Origin: Zootoca vivipara
Taxonomy: Eukaryota
Length of the DNA stretch: 64,000 nucleotides
Reading direction: 5' to 3'
Assembly: GCF_963506605.1 (NCBI RefSeq)
Contig: NC_083279.1
Location: 41,044,001 to 41,108,000, forward strand
The notes below the pieces were generated by a model, which was not told the origin of the DNA, ran no database searches, and worked only from the letters and a program-made list of their open reading frames with translations. Shown here in pieces: positions 12,479 to 23,533 of the stretch. Every line of letters starts with the position of its first letter. Position 1 is the stretch's first letter. A program made the translations under genes and the position numbers.

Positions 12479-13558
12479 GAGGCGTGACCCTTAATGATTG
12501 CAATTTTACTGGCATTTTGGAGCTTGAGTGAATGCTGAAAGCCCTTAACACAATATGCTGCACCCAAAGTTTTTTTTTTTCTAATTGAGTTATCCTCCTG
12601 GAGTTGAGGTATCGAGCAGCTGGCACAGACCAGGATAGTACAGGAGTAGGAGAGGATGGCCGCGAGTTTAGGGTTGTTCTGGCACACCAGTAGAGCCATT
12701 CTGAAGCTCCCGCTGGTGTGCCCCAAGCACACCAACTTCACCAGCTCTCTGCCACACCCCGCCCCATCCCAGTGTGCGGCAGCAACATCACTTTTTCTAA
12801 TAGTCATGAAACAAATGGCACCTGTTTTGCAATAACTAACAAATCAGAGAGGCTGTTACAGTGCTTTGCAACTGGTTTTTCATTTTTTTTAAATCAAAAT
12901 TTCAGATTCATGGTTCAAAAAATGTGAACTTTGGACAGCTGTAGTTTTTAGTCATGCATTAAATATAACATCCTAGACATTTGTGCTCCTTGACGTAAAT
13001 TACAATATGGGGCCTGCATGTGATGTTTTGTTTGGTATAGCATGTTCTGCCAGTTAATGCTTTTGAGGGTAACAGATTCCTTGAGATAAATGGAAGTATC
13101 ACAGTGCTTGGGATCAAAAGAATGTGATCCATGACTGCTGATCAGTGGTTTAAGTGCAGCTTTCACTAGTAATTGGCATAGAGTAGGAGGCTGGCAGAAT
13201 GCTATAACAGGAGGCTCGCTGATTACTTTAGCAAGACGTTTATAGCTGGCTAACAATGGATAGCTTGCTCTGATTTCCAGGTGATAGATGTTTAAGTACA
13301 GCTCTCACCATCCAGCATATCTTAACTGGCAATCAGATAAAGGTGGGCTTTCTCATTTACGTGAGTGAAGTTTTTTTTGGGAAGGGAGAGAGTGGCAGCG
13401 AGGTTTGGTGAGTGGTGAGCCTTTGGAGAGCTAGGCTCTTAACTTTGAATGTAACATCTTAATGTTCTAGTCATAAAGGGCTTGGAAATACAAATCTAGT
13501 AAGAGCTGCTTCACCCCATCCCTTTAACCAAAAAATCATTACTATTACTACTCACAAT

Positions 13559-14146
13559 AAGGGAGTCAAGTTCCAGTCAAGTTTTGTTCTCCACATTTCC
13601 ACATCAATTCGTGATTTTTATTTTTTAAAGACCTCATGGAACTCACCATCATTTTAATGTGAATTTTTGCTTATATACATGTTTGTGTGCAATTTTTCCT
13701 AATAAGCACAATTTTGCAGAACAGTTTCCCTAATAATAGTTTGTCAACTTATGTGTCACACTAGTGGAATCCAGCACAAGCGCTGGGGCATTTGGTCTCC
13801 TCTCCTTGCAAACCCCAAAGTGCTTCTGGTGTGTGTATATGTGTATGTGTATGTGAGGGGCACCCTCAGAGAGATTGTCCCATCTTGGAAAACAGAAATA
13901 CTTGCGCTGACAGAATCTCTTAGCACGGCATTGAATTCCTCCTAATGCATTTTTGTATGCTATCCTCATTAATAATTTATTCTCATTATGCTTTTTTGGT
14001 ATATTACTTGGTTGGAGGACAGCATTGCAAAATTAAGAGAGGTGCACATTTCTAAGAATGGCTGTGTTTTGCTTTATATGTTGTTTTGGCAACTGCAAAT
14101 TAAAGTATTTTAATTTGAACTGAAACAGATTTCTCTCCTATCCTTA
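13559..14146. mobile_element. Degenerate squamate non-autonomous DNA element related to 55636-56213
   Basis: Shared AATGCATTTTT / CAGCATTGC / GGCTG...TTTG blocks in opposite orientation to the 55.9-56.2 kb copy; ends CCCTATCCTTA. Confidence 0.45.
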
Positions 14147-14189
14147 TGAATAATTTTACCAATAATTGATTTCCAACCATGTCCTAGAG

Positions 14190-14325
14190 CAGGCATCCCC
14201 AAACTTCAGCCCTCCATATGTTTTGGACTACAATTCCTAGCATCCCTGACCACTGTTCCTATTAGCTAGGGATCATGGGAGTTGTAGGCCAAAACATCCG
14301 GAGGGCCGAAGTTTGGGGATGCCTG
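14190..14325. mobile_element. Palindromic hAT MITE, 136 bp
   Basis: TIR CAGGCATCCCCAAACTTC / GAAGTTTGGGGATGCCTG; perfect 8-bp TSD TCCTAGAG (14182-14189, 14326-14333). Confidence 0.92.
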
Positions 14326-15342
14326 TCCTAGAGTGACACTGCACCAGAGGCATTATGGGAATTAAAAATGGCAGCTTGTTAAGTCAATACCTCGTGGGAT
14401 CCTGGCAGTTGCCCAACATCACTTAATACTAATGCTGGGCCTGGAAATATAACTGTGAGTTGATTTCAACCCTTTAATATTGTTCTCTGCTGATGAAGTG
14501 CATTTCATTTGGAAGTAAAATACTTTCTAACTGGCACATTAAACTTTTTCTTACTTCATCTCTCCCTTGGTAATGCTGGTGGGATACTGACTGTGTCCTG
14601 TGGTTTACAAGCCTGGTCTGGGCCTGCCTTTAGAATTCTTGTTCTACTTTACTTACAGCAAGATAATTAGTGTGGTTGGCTTTACCTGCCTGTATTTCAT
14701 TCTGGGTGTTGTATGCTGCATTAGGAGTTAATACTCTGTGCAATTGCTTATGATCCCTTTATTGCATGGCTTTTAACTTAGTGTCATGGGATACAGTCCT
14801 TAATAAAAACCAGTCACTGGAAGAAATGAGTTAACCTTTAGCTTACATGTGCATAGCTATCATAAAACTGAGGTAAATAACAGCAGAGCAGTAATCATCA
14901 TAGGCTAGATGATCATTGCAGGATAGAAAAATGATGCTACAAGGAGGTGCTTGAATCAGGAATAGTAAGTTGACTGCAGGCAGCCGAGCTTACTGCATGC
15001 TGAACTCAACAGATGTCTACATATTTAAGACGCCCCCCCCCCCCGGGTACAGCCCTGTATGGTATCATTGGGAATTCCTGAATAGATGATCAAATAATTG
15101 TTTAGTTCTAATTCTACAGATGGAGAATTTGTAGCTGTTACTTGCAGCATTTCCCCCCTTTCATTCAGGAATATAATTTGGGATATGATACATTGCATCC
15201 TGTTTCAGCTCTGCTGTGTGTTGTAGCCAATGTTGCATGAGCAGAAGACTGACTTGTACGATGGATAGCTCCCTTCCTTTCCTCACCTTGTAGCTCATTT
15301 TAGCTCCAATAAAAAAACACAACCCACCTATTCTATGACAGC

Positions 15343-15454
15343 TAGGGTTGCCATATTTTGAAGAGCAAAAAAGAGGATACATTTAGATTGCTATGATGAC
15401 GCTACTCATGAAAAAGAGGACGTGTCCTGGAAAAAGAGGATGTATGGCAACCCT
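15343..15454. mobile_element. Short MITE with AGGGTTGCCATA termini (MER53-like)
   Basis: TAGGGTTGCCATA...TATGGCAACCCT; internal AAAAGAGGA repeats. Confidence 0.75.
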
Positions 15455-15500
15455 TTTTGTGAGCTGATAAGTTAGGCACTATCTCAAACACAGCCAGGAT

Positions 15501-15531
15501 ACACACACACACACACACGACACACACGACA

Positions 15532-15578
<47 letters not shown>
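15501..15578. repeat. Compound (CA)n(GA)n microsatellite
   Basis: Direct reading. Confidence 0.95.
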
Positions 15579-15581
<3 letters not shown>

Positions 15582-15716
15582 TAGCCTTCCCGAACCTGAT
15601 GTCCTCCAGAATTTTTAGACTATGACTCCCATCATCCTTCACTATTGGTCATGCTGCCTGGGGCTGATAGGATTAGAGTCCAACAATATCTGGAGGGTAT
15701 CAGGTTAGGAAAGGGT
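15582..15716. mobile_element. Palindromic hAT-type MITE related to 14190-14325
   Basis: CCTTCCCGAACCTGAT..CCTCCAGA / TCTGGAGGGTATCAGGTTAGGAAAGG fold-back. Confidence 0.7.
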
Positions 15717-16265
15717 GTACTATACTAATAGCCAGGGCAGATGTTATGGCAGTTGGCTCATCAATGCAAATTATTGTTTGTTCAAATACCTTACAACTAA
15801 CAGAGCCATTTGATGCATGTCTATTCAGAAGTTAGCTCCATTAAATTGAAGGGGACTTATTCTTGGGACTGCAATCTAAGTAGCGTAAGATTGGAGGGAC
15901 AGACTCATGGAAAATCATGACCTTGCTTCTGCAATTGTCAAAAACACAGTTTATCATAATGGAGGAGCAGAAACAACCTTCTGTGATAACTCCTACCCAC
16001 AAACATTACACTCCTCATGCAAATAGACCACTTGCATAAGCTGCTGTTTGTGTGGGTTAGCTAATTGAAGTAATTGATTATTTATAACAACAATGAAAAT
16101 GACTGAAGTTAACTCCTTTTGGATGTTAATTTGCTCTTTGCAAGCTAAGTAAAGTGCTCATAGGCCAAACAAAGTGTCTGAATGAAGTAGCATTGTGTTT
16201 GAATGGAACATACTTAATTATGCTTTTTGAATATTATATTGTACATCTACAAGCAAAGGAATTTT

Positions 16266-16992
16266 TTGTTGTTTAGTCGTTTAGTCGTGTCTGACTCTTC
16301 GTGACCCCATGGACCAGAGAACGCCAGGCACTCCTGGCTTCCACTGCCTCCCACAGCTTGGTCAGACTCATGTTGGTAGATTCAAGAACACTGTCCAGCC
16401 ATCTTGTCCTCTGTCATCCCCTTCTCCTTGTGCCCTCAATCTTTCCCAACATCAGGGTCTTTTCCCGGGCGTCTTCTCTTCTCATGAGGCCCTATGGCCA
16501 GGCTGGGTGGCGCAGGGCGCCAGGGCGCCCGCCCACCCGCCGCGGAGCTGCACCCCCAGCAGCTGCGCTGTGTGCTGCGCTCGCTCGCCCGCCAGCCCGG
16601 CCACGCAGCTCCGCCCGTCCGCCGCACTGGAAAACGGGGCGGGGCAGGGCGCGGGCGCCGGAGGGATCCGTCGCACCAGGGCGCCAAATATACTTAAGAT
16701 GGCCCTGATGAGGTGGCCAAAGTATTGGAGCCTCAGCTTCACGATCTGTCCTTCCAGTGAGCACTCAGGGCTGATTTCCTTCAGAATGGATAGGTTTGAT
16801 CTTCTTGCAGTCCATGGGACTCTCAAGAGTCTCATCCAGAACCATAATTCAAAAGCATCAATTCTTTGGTGATCAGCCTTCTTTATGGTCCAGCTCTCAC
16901 TTCCATACAACACTTCTGGGAAAACCATAGCTTTAACTATACAGACTTTTGTCGGCAAGGTGATGTCTCTGCTTTTTAAGATGCTGTCTAGG
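16266..16992 (-). mobile_element. BovB (RTE) LINE 3' fragment, 5'-truncated, interrupted by a MITE
   Basis: Translation TKVCIVKAMVFPEVLYGSESWTIKKADHQRIDAFELWFWMRLLRVPWTARRSNLSILKEISPECSLEGQIVKLRLQYFGHL is the BovB ORF C-terminus; 3' tail GAGTCAGACACGACTAAACGACTAAACAAC. Confidence 0.95.
16490..16707. mobile_element. GC-rich hAT-like MITE inserted into BovB, left TIR deleted
   Basis: Interrupts BovB at CTCATGAGGTGG; ATGAGG is duplicated (16484-16489, 16708-16713); right end AGATGGCCCTG is the exact inverse of CAGGGCCATCT, which begins the related copy at 63852. Confidence 0.8.
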
Positions 16993-19900
16993 AATACATG
17001 TCAAATAAATGAAGGCTTCTCAAGGTTTTTTCAGAGTACTGAAAATCCAAGTACTTTTAGATGTGCAATCAAACTTTCCTGCCCTCTCTCTCCATTGTAA
17101 AAATGTTCAGGGGGTTAGGGGTTGAGGAAGCCCTCATAACACATTTAAGGGCCACACAGGGGGCTCATGGAGAGAAGAAAGGTGGGAAGGTCCTCTGCAC
17201 AGCTAAAATTATTTGTGCTGGCAACTGCTGAGTTTGATATTGCTCTGCAACTCAGCCTAACCTCATAGAGTAGTGATGGTGATGAATATAATTTTTCACT
17301 ACCCTGTGACGTGGGTCAGGCTGATAAAATTTCTTATTCAGCTTTCGCCATAAGACAGGGTGGGCTACAACAATGTAAAAATAACCAAAAAAATCAGTTA
17401 AAACAATTAACAAGTCAAAAGAAAATGGCAGGTTCTAAAAACACATATCTCAGACATCAAAGGACAGGGTAAATGGGCTCATCTTCAGCATATGACAAAA
17501 ACATATGCAGTGAAGGTGTCAGACACTAAGAGCTCATTAGAGGAAAGGTAAAAGGTAGAAATGTACCAGTAATAAAGAGATATATAGTATGTGTCAGGGC
17601 ATGGCATTTTAAAATATAGGACATCTTGCTCACATGGCCCGTAGGTGGCTGACAAAGAATCAGCAAACAATTAGACTGTGGAAATGATGTCTGGGAACAC
17701 AACCAAAGTATACAGTGTGATTTTGAACAAATGCACTTTAGATGAATAAATTGGTTTCCTGCAAAACAGACAAACAAAAATGGAATGTGAAAATGCAGAA
17801 ATATAACCTCTGGAATAACAGCAAAATTTCCTCAGTGAGAAAGCTCTTGTTCAAATTTGCTGCTGATAGAACAAGATACAGAACTTGCTGCTTATAAAGG
17901 TTAATTAATTCATATTATTCATAACTAGAAGCATGCCTATAAGTACTTGAAGGAAGGTTATAATAGACAGAAAGACATAAACAATCATACAAGGACTAAA
18001 ATAACTACATCATGAAGAACATAAAAATGGAGAAGGGTTTTCTCTAGCCCTCTACTTTTTGCATAATGTGGAAGTATACTTATTTTTTTAAAAAAAATAA
18101 AAGATTTTTTAAATGAAGAGCTCCTGTTTTAGAGCCAATCCTTTATCCAGCTACTTTTCTCTTGACTCAAGCAGATGCAAGAATATGTTCTAAGAGAAGG
18201 GTGTAAAAGCATGAGAAACAGGAAACAGAATCTGACCGTGTGTCATTCAGAATCTATATAGTTTTTAAGGTTAGAGATATACCGTAAGCTTTTTATAATA
18301 ATAATAATATTGATGATGATGATGTGTTAGGCCAAGTTTGTCTCACAAATCTAAAAATGTTGCTTTAGGGGTCAGGTTCTATGGCTAAAAGAGGATTTTT
18401 TTATTTTATAGCCACAGAGAATAACCAAGGTGCAAAAAAAAAAACCCTTTAAAGTCTTAGCTTATCCTTAACAGTGCTCACCTCATAAAGAAAAAGAGTT
18501 AAGGTTAAGAACAATGTTACATTTACATTACAAAAAGTAATTTTATCCCACCGATAAAGTGTAAGGGTAAACGTTTATAAGCTTTATAAACCTTTATAAA
18601 CTTTATGGGGGCCAAATGCTCATTAAAACATCTCTAAATGAGTGTTGCTTAATAATCATTCAGCCAAATAAGTTTTGGCAGAGCCTTGAGTGGCCTGATA
18701 ATTTCATGTAAAAATAAAATAAACATACATAATTGTGCCTAGTTTCGGTTTTTCCACCCATGAGTCACTTGTACTTGGCCTAAGTAAAAAACCCAACATC
18801 ACATTTTGAAACAATGTGCCAGTCGTTTTATTTGAGTCCCAAGGTGTAGCTGAAAACACAACACACGAATGTAGCCCTTTTCAGGGGTTATGCCTCTCAC
18901 ATAATAGGGATGTGTGTGATGGTTGTTTTTTAAAAAATGTATGGACATTTGCATTTATGTATTTTAAATGTATTTTCTCAATAGTGACATTTCTTACTCA
19001 GACTCAGAAGTAAGTTTTGTTAAGATTAGATGGCCACCTGCCATCAATGCTTCAGTTGAGATTCCTGCAATGCAATTCCTGCAATTCCTCCCAGGTAAGA
19101 GGGTACAATTCCCCCCCCCCAAATGCACATTTCCAAACATACCTAAAATGTACTTATGCATATTATTTAATACTTCTTTGAGCCAAGAACTGTCAGGAAA
19201 TACAACCCCACCCTGTAAATTCCAACCTGTGTGTTAGCCTAAATTGATGCCAGTCAAGTCAGCTCACGAAAGTTTAGAATTCTTCAGGCGCATTTTGCCC
19301 AACCTTTGGCATTTCCTTTACATATACTCAGTAGGTGCTCTTGCGGTTTTTGAGCAGGGCATTGTTATTACTATTATTAGGCCCAATACATTTTTCTGCC
19401 TGAGCAGAGGATGAGGATGGCACCATTCCACCTACAGAATCCAACTAGATTGACAGTAGCATCTTTCTTCAACAACAGCAATCGGACAACATTCTCCTCT
19501 GGTCTTGAGAGCAGCTGGCTAGTTTAGGGAGTGCAGATCAGGCTAGCTTAGGGGACTGAGGAGGAAGGGTGAAGGCTGCTGCTTCCCCCAGCATATGGCC
19601 CTAACCCATCTGCCACACTTTCTGAACGGTGATGGTGATAATTCAACCTAGCCTCTCTACCAGTCCTGTCTTCATTCATATGGACTGTTGGGAAAGCCTT
19701 ATTAGAAAATAAGGTTAGAATTAAAAACAAGGTTAGAATTGAACTTGCTTCAGGAGTCTTGACTGATAAACACTAATAAAGTCAATGTTTTGTGTTATTA
19801 GTATATGTGCTTATCAAAGTTTTAAAAATATTCATTTGATTCTTAATTGGCAGCATTTGAAAGCCAGCTGCTGAGTTAGTTCTAACAATATGCTTCATTC

Positions 19901-21065
19901 CCCTAGCAACCCAGTTTATAAGAAAATGAGCACCCTATGACATTTGCTCTGATAAAAGACTTGTGTTCCCTTCCTTAGAAAATAAACCTTTTTTAGACCT
20001 AGAGGCTGCAATCCTATACACATTTACTTGGGAATAAGCCCTATCAAGCTTAGTAGTAGACAAGGGTAGGATTGCAATGTACATCTCGTGCAATACTTAT
20101 TCTGTCTCTCTGTGGGTGGTGGGAGGAATAATCTGGTAAATGAAAAATCCATACTCTTACAAGAGACATCCCCTCCAATTAAAATATCACATTTGAATTT
20201 CGTGTTAAAACTCTATCAAGTTGATTAAATATGTAATATATTCAGAGTCTTTTTGCTGTATCTTGGAACATAATACAAGGCATAGCAAGATACATTTAGA
20301 GGGCAGAATGTGGATGTTTCATGTCAAGGAACCATACCACTGTGTTATGTTATGCCCTGGCAAAGTAACATTACCTCACTCTATCAACATACCTGACAGT
20401 CTAGGCTCCTCACATGTAGATGCCTCTTCTCCAGATCACACTGAGGAAGGATGCAACTCTGTTAGGGATTTCCCCAGAGTGGACAAAAACTATTGAGAGA
20501 GGTTGGCCAAGCCCAACATCAGCACTCAGCCAGTTTGGGAAGTGGGTGATGGTTCCAGTAGACTTATTGACCTGACCTGATTCTGCTGCCTTACCACCCT
20601 CTTCACCAGCCCCCATACTGTTTTTTCATCTGTGGGTGGGCAGTGGTGATGAGCTTGACTCCCATCTGTGGTGGCCGCCCGCCATTTTAATTTTCTGGCT
20701 TCCTCTTGTGAGAAACTTGAGTAAGGCCATGCTTGCCATATGGAATGCCTAATGTTTATGTAACCTGACATTTGTGAGATGGATGAGGTGGAAGGAAAGC
20801 GGATAAGATAGGAGCCTATCAAGGAGGCAGAAGAGTGTCTGCTGAAATGCCATGTTAGGAATGTAACAACTGATAAGCGAAAATGAAGAGTACCCATGCA
20901 CATACTGCTGTAGTACAACATAACCAATCGTTATAAAGTTATTTGTCTCAAGAGTGTTAAGGGAAATATATAAAAGGTCTTGGTACTGTGCCATGAGGCA
21001 TCACTTGATCGCACCTTGGTCATCGGGCAGACAGGGGATCCTGCTGCATCAGTAATAAAGAACAC

Positions 21066-21355
21066 CAGACCATCTAAGTGTCCCTATTTTCCAGGGACAG
21101 TCCTGGATTTACAGAAGCTGTCCCCGTTTCTGATTTGATCCCATAATGTCCTGCTTTTCCTCAGGATGTCCCTATTTTCGTTGGAGAAACGCTGGAGGGT
21201 ATGGAGATAAGTAACTATACAACATCTAGAAGACACCTGAAGGCAGCCTTGTAGAGGGTTTTTTTTAAAAAAAATGTTTAAAGTTTTATGTTATTATGTA
21301 TGTTGGAAGCCCAGAGTGGCTGGGGTAACCCAGTTAGATGGGGAGAGTATAAATA

Positions 21356-21387
<32 letters not shown>

Positions 21388-21434
21388 ATAGAATAGGGTG
21401 TCCCTATTTTTATCGGAGAAATGTTGGAGTGTAG
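21066..21434. mobile_element. Composite MITE (MER96-like GTCCCTATTTT motifs) carrying an L2 3' fragment
   Basis: TSD AAGAACAC/GAGAACAC; right end present twice (21165-21203 and about 21395-21434) on either side of an L2 tail (about 21225-21390). Confidence 0.7.
21356..21387. repeat. (TAG)n microsatellite at the L2 tail
   Basis: Direct reading. Confidence 0.9.
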
Positions 21435-22742
21435 GAGAACACCCTCCTGGGTGCTTTTGCTTTATCAGTTGGTCTCTGCCTATTTGCAATAGTCCCACCC
21501 AGAAATGGACTTGGCAGTGTGGGGATTTCCCACAACACTCTCTTCAGGCCTGTTCCATGCCTGGGGTAGTGTGATTGTGTGTGTAGTTCTGGCAGAAAGA
21601 CTTGCTTGTGAGGGACAGGCTAACTTACTTCCTGTTCTGCAGACGTATTCCCACTATGGAGGCAGTGGGTGGGGGTAGGCAGGCGACACAATGGCACGCG
21701 AAGGTCTATGTATGGAATCATAAGCTTTATATTATAAAGCATAACTTTAAAATAATATTTAAAAAAACAACCAGGGAAACTTTTGAATGAAACAAACAGA
21801 TGCAGAAAAATATGTAAAAGGGCTGTTTCTAAAAACGTGGCAAAAGGGAAATATATCAGCACTCAGAAGAGGAGAAATGAACATCTCTCTAACCTAAATA
21901 CAAATACTGGGAAGTAAGGTTCATTGGAATAAAAGATAAAATATACTAGCGGGGGGGGGGGCAGTTTGCATTTGGCCTCAGGGGCTCATCTGATTTTTAA
22001 GACAAAGAAAAGCATTCCTATTCAATAACAGCTCTTAATTAGGACTTAATTGTACTCTTTTCAGATACAAATCTATTAACAACAACAACAAAATAAAGAT
22101 TTTACTCCCCCCCCTTACACACAGAAAAGGCAATTATGTTATTTTTTTCACAGACAGGCTTGCATTCTTTCTATTTATGATGACATTTGAGATGTGTAGA
22201 TTGACCATTTCCTGTCAGTTAATAATCAACCGTATTAATAGCTATCTGGCTTAATCTTAAACTTCCAACCTTTTCAATTGGGCATAAAGTACCAGGAAAT
22301 ATCTGCACATAAATTGCTAAAGCTTAAATAAAATGCTGATGAAAAGGATTAGCTATTTGGCTATTGATTTCTTAAATGAAATTACTTTAGCCTGAATGTA
22401 ATTGCTACAACAGCTGTTCTTTATTCATCCCATTTTTATTCAGAATGTGAAGGCTACTTATGCCTTCAGAGAGAGCCTGGATTGGGTTAGTATCAGGAAA
22501 GGCAAGGGGAGAAAGAGTGGGTGTACAGAAGAGACAATGAGGGATTCCATAATGAGCCTTTCATATCTGCTATGCTACAGGGAAGACTCTATCCCCCATT
22601 ACCACCATTAGACCTTGATGGAACAGAGAAAGAGCCTTCTCTCATGATACTGGAGAGTGGGCAGACCTACATTTTGGGGACCCTGAAGCTTGAACTTCAT
22701 AACCAGCAATGAGGCCTGGGTAACCACTGTTATGGGTTCAGA

Positions 22743-23222
22743 CAGGGACGTAGCCAGGATGAAAATCAGGGGGGGCAAGGGGCGGGGTCAGGGGCGGGGC
22801 CAAGGGGGGCCAAGGGGCCACAGCAGGGGCGAGGGGGAGCCAGGATCAGCCCGAAATCGGGCTGCTCCGACTCCCTCCTCCCCCTCCGCGATCGGCAGGG
22901 GCGAGGGGGAGCCAGGATCAGCCTGAAATCGGGCTGCTCCGACTCCCTTCTCCCCCTCCCCGATCGGCAGGGGCGAGGGGGAGCCAGGATTGGCCCGAAA
23001 TCGGGCTCCTCCGACTCCCTCCTCCCCCTCTGCAATCGCCGGGGCAGGTGGAGGGAAAGCCCCAGAGCCACGCAAAGCGGTTGCCTGGCTTTCCCTCCGC
23101 CTCCCTTCTCCCTTGCTGGCTGTGGGGAGATGGCACCGGGCGGGCAGCGGGGGAAGGCTGGCCAGCGGCCCTGCTTCTAGGGGGGGCAATTGCCCCCTCC
23201 TGCCCCCCTGCCTACGCCCATG
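22743..23222. mobile_element. Young GC-rich hAT MITE with a 3x72-bp internal minisatellite
   Basis: Termini CAGGGACGTAG / CTACGCCCATG; perfect 8-bp TSD GGTTCAGA (22735-22742, 23223-23230); repeat units start at 22823, 22895 and 22967. Confidence 0.9.
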
Positions 23223-23462
23223 GGTTCAGAGGCGGTTTTAAGACAACGTGACAGGTTCCCCTGCACTGGATGTCGAGCGGAGAGAGTGCCTGGTAAGCAC
23301 TCACCCTGCTATGGGAAGGAAGCACAAGGGTCCTGGTATGGTCTTAAGAGTCCTCCTCCCTCCTTTCTAAAGCCTAGTTAGCACTTGCCTAGCTTGGGGA
23401 AGGAGGTGGGAGGGCTCTAGGACCCTGCCAGAGTCCTGAGACCTCCCCAAAGCCTGGAACAG

Positions 23463-23465
<3 letters not shown>

Positions 23466-23529
<64 letters not shown>
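23466..23529. repeat. (GA)n microsatellite
   Basis: Direct reading. Confidence 0.97.

Positions 23530-23533
<4 letters not shown>

Noticed and set aside
16301-16958. Cluster of long ORFs (135-187 aa)
   Set aside because: Explained by the BovB ORF remnant plus a stop-poor GC-rich MITE; not a host gene
22823-23038. Regular repeats that might suggest a CRISPR-like array (also 53046-53210 and 12210-12400)
   Set aside because: Head-to-tail units without unique spacers, inside eukaryotic transposons, with no cas genes
22690-23251. Repetitive Pro/Gly/Arg-rich ORFs
   Set aside because: Artefact of the 72-bp GC-rich minisatellite inside a MITE
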